Notes: generated from the sequence alone by a model not told the origin. Counted from the stretch's first letter, positions 1-10,280 are shown. The stretch is DNA of 64,000 nucleotides from Candidatus Latescibacterota bacterium (GCA_965222075.1 OZ244937.1:4448001-4512000), one strand, 5' to 3'. Translations and numbers: made by a program.

Positions 1-35
1 TCTAAATCAAAGATAATCGCACGTACGTTTTTCAT
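1..35 (-). CDS. HAD-family hydrolase, N-terminal fragment (runs off window edge)
   Basis: Reverse strand from ATG at 35 reads MKNVRAIIFDL(D), matching the HAD motif I hhhDxDG start. Confidence 0.65.
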   Translation of the reverse strand, partial: MKNVRAIIFDL

Positions 36-254
36 AATGCGATACCGGATTTTTAGGGGGTGCCTAGGGGTAACGTAGGAAAATCGAGGAGGAGGTACAG
101 TCTCCCTCAAGTGGATATTTTTCAATAATGCGTTTGGACATAACGAAAGGCCCTGAAAAGAATGGGGAGGGGCAAACGAAATTTATCTTTAAGATGCGGA
201 TTTTGCAAGGGGTTTTTGGTGATGCAGATCACGTGGGGGCCGAGTAAGGGAAAT

Positions 255-1028
255 TTGAAGAACGGGGCGGCAGCGGTCTGGGACGCGATCCTGGATTTTA
301 TTTATCCGCCTCACTGTCTGCTTTGCCGGGCGCCGCTGGAGGGGAGGTGGGTCGGGTTCTGTGCGGCCTGTTGGGCAGGTTTAGAGGCGATTGTGGGCCC
401 CCGGTGCCTCCGGTGCGGCTGCCCGATTGAGTCCGAAGCGGCCACCTGCAGGAACTGCGCAGATAAGTTATTTAAATTCAACCGGATGCGTGCTTTGTCG
501 CCCTTCAATTTTTCTGTGCAACGGCTGATCCACATGTTGAAGTATCAGGGCAGGACCTCGGTGGGGCGGGTGCTGGGAGAGGCGCTGGGAGAGGCGCTGA
601 AGGGGGACGTTTTGACAGCAGAAGCGCCGCTGATTCTCCCTGTACCCCTGCACGGCAGCCGGCGGCGGGAGCGGGGGTACAACCAGAGCGCCCTGATTGC
701 CCGGGCGGCCGGAACGGCGCTGGGGCTGTCCGTTCAGGAGGGGATGCTGCAGCGTATCCGGCCCACACAGACCCAGACGGCCCTGGATGCAGAGGGGCGC
801 AGGGCCAATGTGGCGGGCGCTTTTCGTGTGAAAGCGCCCCACCGGGTGCAGGATCGGACGATCCTGGTAATAGACGATGTCGTCACTACAGGGGCGACTG
901 TGAACGCTTGTGCGGCGGCTTTGAAGGCCGCAGGCGCCCGGAAGGTTTATGTGGCCGCAGTAGCCTGTCCTTATTTTGACGAAAAACCGCCCGACGATGG
1001 CCGCCCGGCAGGGGTGGAAATGCGCTAG
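255..1028 (+). CDS. comF: ComF family protein (double Zn ribbon + PRTase domain)
   Basis: CLLC/CAAC/CLRCG/CRNC zinc ribbons, PVPLH..RRRERGYNQS, LVIDDVVTTGAT; start uncertain (TTG 255 or ATG 222; ORF opens at 162). Confidence 0.9.
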   Translation: MKNGAAAVWDAILDFIYPPHCLLCRAPLEGRWVGFCAACWAGLEAIVGPRCLRCGCPIESEAATCRNCADKLFKFNRMRALSPFNFSVQRLIHMLKYQGRTSVGRVLGEALGEALKGDVLTAEAPLILPVPLHGSRRRERGYNQSALIARAAGTALGLSVQEGMLQRIRPTQTQTALDAEGRRANVAGAFRVKAPHRVQDRTILVIDDVVTTGATVNACAAALKAAGARKVYVAAVACPYFDEKPPDDGRPAGVEMR

Positions 1029-1208
1029 GGCCGGATGCGTCAGAACGGTCAACATCATACACAGGAATTGGACGTTACGGGCGGCCATCGTCGATTCCTC
1101 CTCAAGGTCATGATGCAACCGGTTTGGGCGAATGTCAAAGAAAAAGGCGCCGATCCCGGGTCCGGACCGGGGGATCGTGTCGATGTCAGGGGCCCAAAAA
1201 ATTTTATC

Positions 1209-1221
1209 TAACCTATTGATT
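1209..1221 (-). promoter_or_regulatory. IHF-binding consensus site upstream of glycolytic operon promoter
   Basis: Reverse strand AATCAATAGGTTA matches WATCAANNNNTTR. Confidence 0.45.
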
Positions 1222-1246
1222 CCAAATGCCGTTGCATAGAATTCTC

Positions 1247-1275
1247 TTGACACTTCGTCGGGGATGTTTTAAATT
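1247..1275 (+). promoter_or_regulatory. sigma70-type promoter of pfk-gap-pgk-tpi-secG operon
   Basis: TTGACA (1247-1252), 17 bp, TAAATT (1270-1275). Confidence 0.6.
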
Positions 1276-1433
1276 CTAAATCTTTGAGATATGGTCGATT
1301 GGGCGTCTTTAGATATTCTATACCGGAGTTTTGTGAACAAGGGGACTTGAGGCCGGGGTTCGGCTCTGGTCCCCTTTTCAGGGGTGAGGTTTACGTTTAC
1401 AGATCTCCAGCTCCTGATTTGAAGGAGATAGAA

Positions 1434-2486
1434 ATGTCTGCAAAACGCGTTGGCATTATGACCGGAGGCGGCGATTGTCCGGGCCTGAACGCTGTGATTC
1501 GTGCGGTGACCCGGAAGGGGATGGATGCCTATGGGTATGAGGTCGTGGGGGTGTTGGAAGGGTGGCGGGGGATACTGGAAAGGCTGTCGATGCCGCTGGA
1601 TCTAAACGCGGTTTCGGGTATTCTGCCTAAAGGGGGCACCATTCTGGGGACCTCCCGTACGAATCCGTTCAGGGGAGAGAACGGCCAGCAGGTCGTGATC
1701 GACAAGATGAACAAGATGGGGCTGGATGCCCTGATCGTCGTTGGAGGGGAGGACACGATTGGGGTGGCCAAGTCGCTCTACGATGAGGGGATGGCGGTTG
1801 TGGGGGTGCCCAAGACGATCGACAACGACCTGACCGGTACGGACCAGACCTTCGGATTTGATACGGCGATCAACATTGTGATGGATGCCATTGACCGGCT
1901 GCATACCACAGCAGAGTCTCACAACCGGGTGATGGTGGTGGAGGTGATGGGGCGGCACACCGGCTGGATTGCCGTGGAAGCGGGCATTGCAGGTGGGGCG
2001 GATATGGTGCTGATTCCCGAGGTGCCCTTCGATATTGACGAGGTTTGCCAGACCCTGAGGAAACGGCACGACCGGGGGAAGACGTTCAGCATTGTAGTGG
2101 TGGCCGAAGGGGCCAAGATGGCGACAGAGGAGGATGTTGACGGCAGCCTGGTGATCCAGTCGATGGAGAAGGATGCGTTTGGACATGTGCGCCTGGGCGG
2201 GGTTGGGAACCTGCTGGGCCGGGAGATCGAGAACCGGACCGGTTTTGAGACCCGTGTGACCGTGCTGGGACACATCCAGAGGGGCGGCAGCCCCACGGCC
2301 TTCGACCGGATACTGGGCACGCGGTTTGGTATTGCGGCCATCGACTTGGTTCACCAGGAGGACTTTGGAAAGATGGTGGCCCTTCGGGGGATGGAGATCG
2401 TGTCCATAGACTTGAAGGATGCCGTGGAAAAACTGCGCACGGTGGATATGGATCTTTATGAGATTGCGAAGGTCTTTTTCGGATAG
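1434..2486 (+). CDS. pfkA: 6-phosphofructokinase, group III, probably PPi-dependent
   Basis: TGGGDCPGLN, GGEDT, PKTIDND, EVMGR, LGHIQRGG; RBS AAGGAG before ATG 1434. Confidence 0.95.
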   Translation: MSAKRVGIMTGGGDCPGLNAVIRAVTRKGMDAYGYEVVGVLEGWRGILERLSMPLDLNAVSGILPKGGTILGTSRTNPFRGENGQQVVIDKMNKMGLDALIVVGGEDTIGVAKSLYDEGMAVVGVPKTIDNDLTGTDQTFGFDTAINIVMDAIDRLHTTAESHNRVMVVEVMGRHTGWIAVEAGIAGGADMVLIPEVPFDIDEVCQTLRKRHDRGKTFSIVVVAEGAKMATEEDVDGSLVIQSMEKDAFGHVRLGGVGNLLGREIENRTGFETRVTVLGHIQRGGSPTAFDRILGTRFGIAAIDLVHQEDFGKMVALRGMEIVSIDLKDAVEKLRTVDMDLYEIAKVFFG

Positions 2487-2523
2487 CCAGGGCTTTGGGA
2501 GGTGGCAAAGACGCGGAGGTTAA

Positions 2524-3528
<1,005 letters not shown>

Positions 3529-3565
3529 CTTAGAAGCTGTCTTAAAACCCCCAGCGGTCTTCGCG

Positions 3566-3637
3566 CCTGCCTGCTGCCGCAGGCAAGGCAGGTCTCCGGC
3601 GGGCTGGTGCCCGTCTCCGGCTCACAGGATCGTCTCC
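3566..3637. repeat. Dispersed intergenic element, copy 1 (CCTGCC..GGCAGG hairpin cassette + conserved right arm)
   Basis: Shares TCTCCGGCGGGCTGGyGCCCGyCTCCGGCTCACAGGATCGTCTCC with 7502-7546 and a shortened version at 18389-18421. Confidence 0.85.
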
Positions 3638-3672
3638 CCACCCTGGTTTAAAAAAGGGAGTCCGGTTTTATT

Positions 3673-4890
3673 TTGGCCAAGCTCTCAATTACAGATCTCG
3701 ACTTAGAGGACCAGCGGGTGCTGGTCCGCGTTGATTTTAACGTCGCTCTTTCTGGGGGAGAGGTTGCCGACGATACCCGCCTGAGAGCGGCGCTGCCCAC
3801 GGTGCGGTACATCCTGGAGCATGGGGGCATGCCGGTATTGATGTCGCACCTGGGGCGGCCCGACGGTCAGGTTTCACCCGATCTCTCTTTAAAACCCGTG
3901 GCGGTGCACTTAGAGGCCCTGCTGGGGTGTCCGGTTATCCTGGCGCCCGACTGTGTGGGACCGGAGGTTGAGGCCGTAGTGAAGCGGGCATCTCCAGGGA
4001 CTGTGGTGCTGCTGGAGAACTTGCGGTTTCATCCGGGAGAGGAGGCAAACGCCCCTGGCTTTGCCTGTGGACTGGTCGAAATGGGGTCGGTCTATGTAAA
4101 TGATGCCTTTGGCACCGCCCACCGGGCGCACGCTTCCACCGAGGGGGTGACGCACTATTTTATGGTGTGCGCCGCGGGTTTTCTGATGCAGAAGGAGGTC
4201 GATTACCTGGGTGCTGCGCTTTCAGATCCGGAACGGCCCTTTGTGGCGATTCTGGGCGGGGCGAAGATTTCAGGAAAGATCGATGTGATTGAAAACCTCC
4301 TGCCGCGGGTGGATACGCTGCTGATCGGCGGGGGAATGGCCTACACCTTTTTTAAGGCAATGGGGCTGGAGGTCGGCCGGTCGATCTTAGAGACGGCCCG
4401 GGTCGAGGTTGCAGAGGCCCTGCTGAAGCGGGCCGGGGCGGAAGGGGTGAGGCTACTGCTTCCGGCCGACTGTGTGGTTGCACCGGAGCCGGCAGAGGGG
4501 GTTGAGACCCGGGTGGCGCTCAGGGATCGGATTCCTGAAGACTTAGAGGGGCTGGACATCGGACCGGAGACCCGAACGCTTTTTGCCGAGGAGATCTTGA
4601 AGGCGAAGACCGCCCTTTGGAACGGCCCGATGGGGGTGTTCGAGGTCGAGGCCTTTGCCGGTGGCACCCGGGCGGTGGCGCAGGCGCTGGCCCGGGCGAC
4701 CTCTGAAGGGGCGACGACGGTGGTGGGCGGGGGCGAGACGGCCGCAGCGGTGGTGGATTACGGTCTTGTTGACCGGCTGAGTCATGTGTCCACGGGGGGA
4801 GGCGCGTCTTTGGAGTTTTTAGGGGGGAAGGAACTGCCCGGGGTGGAGGCGCTGTCGGACAAGGAAGAGGAAGCTCAAAGTGCAAAGTGA
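3673..4890 (+). CDS. pgk: Phosphoglycerate kinase
   Basis: RVDFNV, SHLGRP, LLENLRF, NDAFGTAHRAHAS, STGGGASLEFL; TTG start. Confidence 0.98.
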   Translation: MAKLSITDLDLEDQRVLVRVDFNVALSGGEVADDTRLRAALPTVRYILEHGGMPVLMSHLGRPDGQVSPDLSLKPVAVHLEALLGCPVILAPDCVGPEVEAVVKRASPGTVVLLENLRFHPGEEANAPGFACGLVEMGSVYVNDAFGTAHRAHASTEGVTHYFMVCAAGFLMQKEVDYLGAALSDPERPFVAILGGAKISGKIDVIENLLPRVDTLLIGGGMAYTFFKAMGLEVGRSILETARVEVAEALLKRAGAEGVRLLLPADCVVAPEPAEGVETRVALRDRIPEDLEGLDIGPETRTLFAEEILKAKTALWNGPMGVFEVEAFAGGTRAVAQALARATSEGATTVVGGGETAAAVVDYGLVDRLSHVSTGGGASLEFLGGKELPGVEALSDKEEEAQSAK

Positions 4891-5650
4891 GAATAAACGA
4901 AAGCCGATTGTGGCGGGCAACTGGAAGATGAACAAGACGACCGACGATGCGGAGGCCCTGGCCAGGGGGGTGGTTGAAGGGGTGTTGGGCCTCAGCGGGG
5001 TCGAGGTGGTGGTCTGCCCTCCCTTTACGGTGCTGGAGCGTGTGGCCCGCGTGCTGGAGGGGAGCGCGGTGAGGCTGGGGGCGCAGGATATGCACTGGGA
5101 GCCAGAGGGGGCCTACACCGGTGAGGTCTCGGCGGGGATGCTGTTGACATGTGGATGCCGTTACGTTATATTAGGACATTCTGAGCGACGGACCTATTTC
5201 GGCGAGACCGATGCAACGGTAAATCAGCGCCTTAAGGCTGCTGTTGCCGTCGGATTGGCCCCGATTGTCTGCGTTGGGGAGGCGCTGGAGGAGCGGGAAT
5301 CGGACCTGACGGATCAGGTGGTCCGAAAGCAGATTACGGGGGCTTTTGAGGGTGTGGCTGGGGAAGCGGCGCAGGCTGTGGTGGTTGCCTACGAACCGGT
5401 GTGGGCCATTGGAACGGGGTTGACGGCCACGCCGGCACAGGCCGAAGCGGTGCATGCCTTTATCCGTGAGGTGATCGGGCAGCTCTATTCTGTTGATGTG
5501 GCCGATGCGATCCGCATCCAGTACGGCGGGTCGGTGAAACCGGAGAACGCTGCCGACCTTTTTACGCAGCCCGATATTGACGGGGGGTTGATTGGCGGGG
5601 CGTCCCTTCAGGCCGATGTTTTGGCCGATATTGTAAAGGCGGTGCTGTAG
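4880..5650 (+). CDS. tpiA: Triosephosphate isomerase
   Basis: AGNWKMN, GHSERR, AYEPVWAIGTG, YGGSVK, GGLIGGASL; overlaps pgk end. Confidence 0.98.
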   Translation: MQSENKRKPIVAGNWKMNKTTDDAEALARGVVEGVLGLSGVEVVVCPPFTVLERVARVLEGSAVRLGAQDMHWEPEGAYTGEVSAGMLLTCGCRYVILGHSERRTYFGETDATVNQRLKAAVAVGLAPIVCVGEALEERESDLTDQVVRKQITGAFEGVAGEAAQAVVVAYEPVWAIGTGLTATPAQAEAVHAFIREVIGQLYSVDVADAIRIQYGGSVKPENAADLFTQPDIDGGLIGGASLQADVLADIVKAVL

Positions 5651-5678
5651 ACGTGGGGCCGAATGAGGAGTATATGGA

Positions 5679-6026
5679 ATGCAAACTTTCATGCTGATTA
5701 TCCACATTCTGGTTTGTATCGTTCTGATTGTTGTCATTCTCCTCCAGTCGAGCAAAGGAGGGGGGCTGGCAGGGGCGTTCGGTGGGGCCGGCGGTCAGGC
5801 CGGGGCTATGTTTGGAGGGACCGGGGCTGCAACGTTTCTGAGCAAGGTCACCCGGTGGCTGGCGGTGGTCTTTTTCCTGACCTGTCTGGGACTTTGGTAC
5901 ACCTCCCGCAGCGACGATATGCTGCCGGAGACGGCCTCCCAGCGGGTGGGCAGGGAACAGAGGGGGCCAACGGTGCCCGCAGAAAGCGCCCCGGCCGAGG
6001 AAAAGCCCGCCGATACCGGGAGGTAG
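5679..6026 (+). CDS. secG: Preprotein translocase subunit SecG
   Basis: Two TM segments, LLQSSKGGGLAGAFGG, FLSKVT; canonical tpiA-secG-tRNA-Leu order. Confidence 0.95.
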   Translation: MQTFMLIIHILVCIVLIVVILLQSSKGGGLAGAFGGAGGQAGAMFGGTGAATFLSKVTRWLAVVFFLTCLGLWYTSRSDDMLPETASQRVGREQRGPTVPAESAPAEEKPADTGR

Positions 6027-6043
6027 GCCGTTTGAAACCGGGT

Positions 6044-6130
6044 GCCGAAGTGGTGGAATTGGTAGACACGCTGTCTTGAGGGGGCAGTGAGGCACGCCTC
6101 GTCGGGGTTCGAATCCCCGCTTCGGCACCA
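6044..6130 (+). tRNA. tRNA-Leu (anticodon GAG)
   Basis: GCCGAAG acceptor stem pairing with CTTCGGC-ACCA, D loop GGAATTGGTAGAC, anticodon arm CTGTC-TTGAGGG-GGCAG, long variable arm, GTTCGAATC T loop, encoded CCA. Confidence 0.97.
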
Positions 6131-6140
6131 TAATGAAAAC

Positions 6141-6173
6141 AAAGGCTTACGTCGATTTGACGTAAGCTTTTTC
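6141..6173 (+). terminator. Intrinsic terminator after tRNA-Leu
   Basis: GCTTACGTC-GATTT-GACGTAAGC followed by T-run. Confidence 0.75.
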
Positions 6174-6324
6174 TGTTAGCAGCCGGTAGTCTTTTCAGCT
6201 CATATTTATCTCCCGATATTTTCAAAGTGTAAACGCAAGACGGTCTTGACTTTCTGCTTGACATCTGCCAAATTCCACCCCATCATGTCCATAATGCTTA
6301 CTGTAGAAGACCAGGAGGGAAACG

Positions 6325-7359
6325 ATGTCGCGTATACGACTTCTCAGTTTGACGATTGTCTTGCTGATGCCGTTCACGGCCTATGCGGGGAATAAACATT
6401 CCGACCTGTTTGAAGCGGTAAAGCTTGGTAACAAGGCCAAAGTGCAGGCCCTGCTGGAGGCCGGCGCAAAGCTAAAAAAAGCAAAGGACAAGCAGAAAAA
6501 AACCGCCCTGATGTGGGCCGCGGACCTGGGTCACACAGACATTGCGCTGATCTTGCTGGAGGCCGGCGCAAAAGTGAATGCAAAGGCCAAGGATGGTACT
6601 ACCCCCTTGCTGCTGGCCGCGCGTAGAGGCAACGCAGCCCTTGTAAAGGCATTGCTGGATGGGGGCGCACAGGTGAACGCAAAAAGCAAGGATGGCACCA
6701 CAGCCTTGATGGTCGGCCACAAAAACGTCGTTCAGATGCTGCTGGAGGCCGGTGCAGATGTGCTTGCGAAAAACAAGGATGGCGAAACCGCCCTGATACT
6801 GCCCACGCGCAGAGGCGAAACGGCCACCGTGAAAGCCCTGCTGGACAGGGGCGCAGATGTAAATGCGACCGCCAAGGATGGCGACACGGCCCTGATGTTA
6901 TCCGCGCTCAAGGGCGACATAGCCACAGCGGAAGTCTTGCTGGACAGGGGCGCAAACGCAAATGCAAAAAGCAGCAATGGCGAAACCGCCTTAATGACAG
7001 CGGCATGGAGGGGCCGCACCGACATTGTGAAGCGCTTGCTAAAGGCCGGTGCGGATGTAAACGCGAAAGACGCGTTTAGCGCAACGGCCCTGATGGGCGC
7101 AGCGGCGATGTATGACACGAGCAATGTGCGGACCTTACTCGATGCCGGCGCGGATGTCAATGCAGCCGACAACAACGGCATAACAGCCTTGATGAACGCA
7201 GTCACCAAGGGTCACACAGCCATCGTGCGCGTCTTGCTGGTGGCCGGTTCAGACGCAACTATGAAATCTAAGAGTGGGCGCACGGCTTTGATGATAGCGC
7301 AGGGCAGGGGCCACTTGGAAATCGTCCAGTTGCTCAAGGAAGCCGGCGTCAAAGAATAA
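6325..7359 (+). CDS. Secreted ankyrin-repeat protein
   Basis: Signal peptide (..FTAYA), about 9-10 repeats of GxTALMxA..G...V..LL.AGADVNA; RBS AGGAGG. Confidence 0.95.
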   Translation: MSRIRLLSLTIVLLMPFTAYAGNKHSDLFEAVKLGNKAKVQALLEAGAKLKKAKDKQKKTALMWAADLGHTDIALILLEAGAKVNAKAKDGTTPLLLAARRGNAALVKALLDGGAQVNAKSKDGTTALMVGHKNVVQMLLEAGADVLAKNKDGETALILPTRRGETATVKALLDRGADVNATAKDGDTALMLSALKGDIATAEVLLDRGANANAKSSNGETALMTAAWRGRTDIVKRLLKAGADVNAKDAFSATALMGAAAMYDTSNVRTLLDAGADVNAADNNGITALMNAVTKGHTAIVRVLLVAGSDATMKSKSGRTALMIAQGRGHLEIVQLLKEAGVKE

Positions 7360-7414
7360 CGCACGGCAGCCAAAACCATCCCAAACCGCACAGCCCCAGA
7401 AATTTACCCACCCT

Positions 7415-7546
7415 GGACGATTGGCTAACGCTTGCCTGCCTGCCGAGCATCCATCCGGCCTGCCTGCCGAGCAGAACTCGGCGCAGGCAGGCGCGGGCAG
7501 GTCTCCGGCGGGCTGGCGCCCGCCTCCGGCTCACAGGATCGTCTCC
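7415..7546. repeat. Dispersed intergenic element, copy 2, with a second hairpin cassette nested at 7459-7491
   Basis: GGACGATTGGCTAACG...GGATCGTCT termini shared with 18339-18419; 33-bp CCTGCCTGCCGAGCAGAACTCGGCGCAGGCAGG interrupts the 34-bp cassette. Confidence 0.85.
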
Positions 7547-7599
7547 TCTCCCTGTCCTCTGCGTCTCTGCGGTGAGATTTTTTCAAACTGAGGCATACC

Positions 7600-8544
7600 A
7601 TGAAAGTTGGAATCGGTGCATTGGCCAATGTGCAGGCGACGGTTGACCGCTGCAAACAGCTCGGCGTCGAACGGGTCTTTCTCCGCTGCCCGTCCTTCCC
7701 CGGATACGAGAAAAACGGATATCCCGATCCGGCCTGCCTGCGGGAATTCAAAGACAGATTAGAAGCACAGGGAATCCAGGTCCCCAGCGCCACGTACTGG
7801 TTTGCGAAATGGCCGTCCAGGCCCTATCTGCGTGAGGGCGCAACGAACCCGGACGTTCTGTTGGCCCGTGACCGCCGCTGCATCGACGCGATGCTGCGCA
7901 TGCTCGAAATCCTGGGTGAAGTCGGCGTCACATCGGTCCTGCACTACGTTGACATCGGCAAACCCGCGCAGGCCGCGCAGGCCGAGGCCTGTTGGGAAGG
8001 CCTCATCGACATCTACCGCGAACTGATCCCGGTGGCGGAACGCTATCGGATCGGCATCGGCAATCACAGCCTCCACCGACTCTTGAAAGACGGCGTCCTC
8101 GGACAGGCGGTTGCGGCAGGCGTGCGCCTTGAAGACTACGGCAGGTATACGGCCGATGGATGGGGCGGTCCTTTTCTGGTGGGTACCTGGACGGAACTGG
8201 ACCGCCTGGTCAATGCGGTTCCCAGCCTAAGCAACGGCGTCACCCTGTGCACCGGCATGGATATCCCCGGCGGGGATGTACCGGCGCTGGTCAAAGCGTT
8301 TGCAGGCAAAATCCATTTCTGCCAGCTTCGAGATCATACGGACCGATGGCCTGCTGGCCGGGAAGTCCCCCCCGGCGAGGGCCGGGTCAACTTCCGCCCC
8401 ATCGTTGCTGCCTTGCAGGATGCCGGGTACCGGGGAATCGTCCATCCCGAACACCTGGGAAAACCCAGATATCCGGGTGAAGACCTGGAAGCGGCGGCCG
8501 TTGCCTATGTTCAATCCCTGTTGGGAGCATTAGGAAAGAGATAA
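7600..8544 (+). CDS. Sugar phosphate isomerase/epimerase-type TIM barrel (UxuA/xylose-isomerase-like)
   Basis: VPSLSNGVTLCTG, KIHFCQLRD, PGEGRVNF..I..AL..AGYRG.V.PEH. Confidence 0.75.
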   Translation: MKVGIGALANVQATVDRCKQLGVERVFLRCPSFPGYEKNGYPDPACLREFKDRLEAQGIQVPSATYWFAKWPSRPYLREGATNPDVLLARDRRCIDAMLRMLEILGEVGVTSVLHYVDIGKPAQAAQAEACWEGLIDIYRELIPVAERYRIGIGNHSLHRLLKDGVLGQAVAAGVRLEDYGRYTADGWGGPFLVGTWTELDRLVNAVPSLSNGVTLCTGMDIPGGDVPALVKAFAGKIHFCQLRDHTDRWPAGREVPPGEGRVNFRPIVAALQDAGYRGIVHPEHLGKPRYPGEDLEAAAVAYVQSLLGALGKR

Positions 8545-8772
8545 GTGGTAAAGTTTAAGCTCCACATCCTCATGGCAGAGAAAGGCCCCGGTCGTCCCTA
8601 TAAAATCTCCGAGATTGCCCGACTCACGGGTCTACAGCCCAACACCGTCTCTGGAATCTACAACAATAGGGCCCGGCGGATCGACCTGGATACAATCGAC
8701 ACCCTCTGCGCCGTCCTCAATTGCCAGCCCGGTGACCTGTTCGACTACCTGCCCGGCAGCCCCGCCGACTGA
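8545..8772 (+). CDS. XRE/Cro-C1 family helix-turn-helix regulator
   Basis: ISEIARLTGLQPNTVSGIYNNRARRIDLDTIDTLCAVLNCQPGDLF; GTG directly after upstream stop. Confidence 0.9.
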   Translation: MVKFKLHILMAEKGPGRPYKISEIARLTGLQPNTVSGIYNNRARRIDLDTIDTLCAVLNCQPGDLFDYLPGSPAD

Positions 8773-8869
8773 CCCTTTCCACACAAGCCCGCAGTGCCTC
8801 TGTCCTGGAGGATATCAATCAGGACGTTGTGCGATATCGACTATCTGTCGGAATCCTGTTGAAAAAGCC

Positions 8870-8898
8870 TTGCATTTACAAAGAAGACATGCTACTAT
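8870..8898 (+). promoter_or_regulatory. sigma70-type promoter (extended -10)
   Basis: TTGCAT, 17 bp, TGcTACTAT. Confidence 0.55.
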
Positions 8899-8974
8899 GA
8901 ACAGTAGAAAAACCCGGACCGGAGACCAGCTTCAGGCCCCAAGTCCCAAGATTCCATTTCACATCGAGGTTTTC

Positions 8975-10141
8975 ATGGTCGACTTTTACCATACCCTCTG
9001 GACCTATCCCTGGGACCTGACCGATGCGGGCCCCGAAGCCGTTGTTCGACGCCTCCGGGAAGAGATCGGCCTGGACGGCATGAGCCTTGCCTCGGCTTAC
9101 CACACCTTCAACATGCTCAGGCCCCATTCCAGGGATAAGCTCCTCCTGCAGATCCCCCAGTCCGCCGTCTATTTCCAGCCCCGGGCCGACCTTTATCGAG
9201 ATACCCCCATAAAGCCCCATGTCAGCCCCCTGATGGGCGCTGCCAACTGGTATGCCGATGCGGCCGAAGCCTGCGCAAAGGCCGGCCTCGACCTCATCGC
9301 CTGGACCGTTTTCCTTCACAACTCTTACCTGGCCGGGAAACACCCCGAGTGCGCCCAAGTCGCCTGTACTGGCGACATCAGCACCGCCAACCTCTGCCCG
9401 ACGAACCCTGATGTGCATGCCTTTGCAGTTGCCCTGGCCCGGGACCTGGTTCAGAACTATGGCATCGCCATCTTAGAGTGCGAGTCCCTCGCCTTCGGCG
9501 GGTTCGGCCACGCGCACTATCACCTCAAACACGGGGTTGATCCGGGGCAGGGAGGGCGCTTCCTCCTCGCCCTCTGCTTCTGCGACGCCTGTCGGGAGAA
9601 GGCCCGAAAAGCCGGCCTTGATCCCGACACCCTGGCCCGAACCGCCGAATCGCACGTTCGAGAGGCGCTTGGCTCGGGCCGTCCCCTTCGGGAAACACCC
9701 AATGAACTGAGCACAACCGTCCCGCAACTCGCCCGGTATGTTCGCATGCGTGAAGACACGGTCGCGGCCCTGGTTCAGGGCGTCCGAGAAGCCGCCGGGG
9801 TTCCCATCTCCTTCATCTTTATGGGAGACCGTCCCACAAGCGGCGCCGATCGGAAGCGGATTGCCGGGGGGGTCGATTACACAGAAATCCTCTCCTACAC
9901 GGCCGATCCCGGGCAAACCAGACAGGCTGTTTCCCGGCTCCTGCCCGACCTGCGGGCCCCCGATCAACTTCTGGTGGGCCTCCAGGCCTATCCCCCGGCC
10001 TCTCCCGATGCGGAAACCCTCCAGGCCAATGTCGAAGGGGCCGCGGGGCTGGGCATACGCCGCTTCTCGTACTACAACTACGGCATCATGCCCCCACCCA
10101 ACCTGGACTGGGTGCGGCAGGCCATAGGGACCGCTTTGTAA
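8975..10141 (+). CDS. Uncharacterised glycoside-hydrolase-like TIM-barrel protein
   Basis: WTYPWDL, LASAYH, WTVFLHN, LCPTNPDV, LCFCDAC, YYNYG motifs; RBS GAGG before ATG 8975 (ORF track start 8615 overlaps the XRE gene). Confidence 0.6.
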   Translation: MVDFYHTLWTYPWDLTDAGPEAVVRRLREEIGLDGMSLASAYHTFNMLRPHSRDKLLLQIPQSAVYFQPRADLYRDTPIKPHVSPLMGAANWYADAAEACAKAGLDLIAWTVFLHNSYLAGKHPECAQVACTGDISTANLCPTNPDVHAFAVALARDLVQNYGIAILECESLAFGGFGHAHYHLKHGVDPGQGGRFLLALCFCDACREKARKAGLDPDTLARTAESHVREALGSGRPLRETPNELSTTVPQLARYVRMREDTVAALVQGVREAAGVPISFIFMGDRPTSGADRKRIAGGVDYTEILSYTADPGQTRQAVSRLLPDLRAPDQLLVGLQAYPPASPDAETLQANVEGAAGLGIRRFSYYNYGIMPPPNLDWVRQAIGTAL

Positions 10142-10280
10142 TTGAATATTGGCAGGCCTGTTGCGACGGGCACATCGGTGCGGAAAAGCCTGTTCAGGTC
10201 GTTGGAATAGACCGGAACACGCTCAGGGTCAAACAGGCCTGAATCACGCCCTGATCCACGGTAACGAAGGAGGGAATCCC

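Noticed and set aside
64-141. 25-aa minus-strand ORF MSKRIIEKYPLEGDCTSSSIFLRYP upstream of the HAD gene
   Set aside because: No convincing RBS or recognisable motif
1331-1340. Rex operator upstream of glycolytic genes (TTGTGAA)
   Set aside because: Only a half-site; the matching TTCACAA arm is absent
6108-6130. attL/attR duplication of the tRNA-Leu 3' end
   Set aside because: I found no second copy of the tRNA 3' end and no integrase in the window
7415-7546. Possible mini-CRISPR (repeated CCTGCCTGCCGAGCA)
   Set aside because: The units are nested palindromes, not repeats separated by unique equal-length spacers; no cas genes in the window
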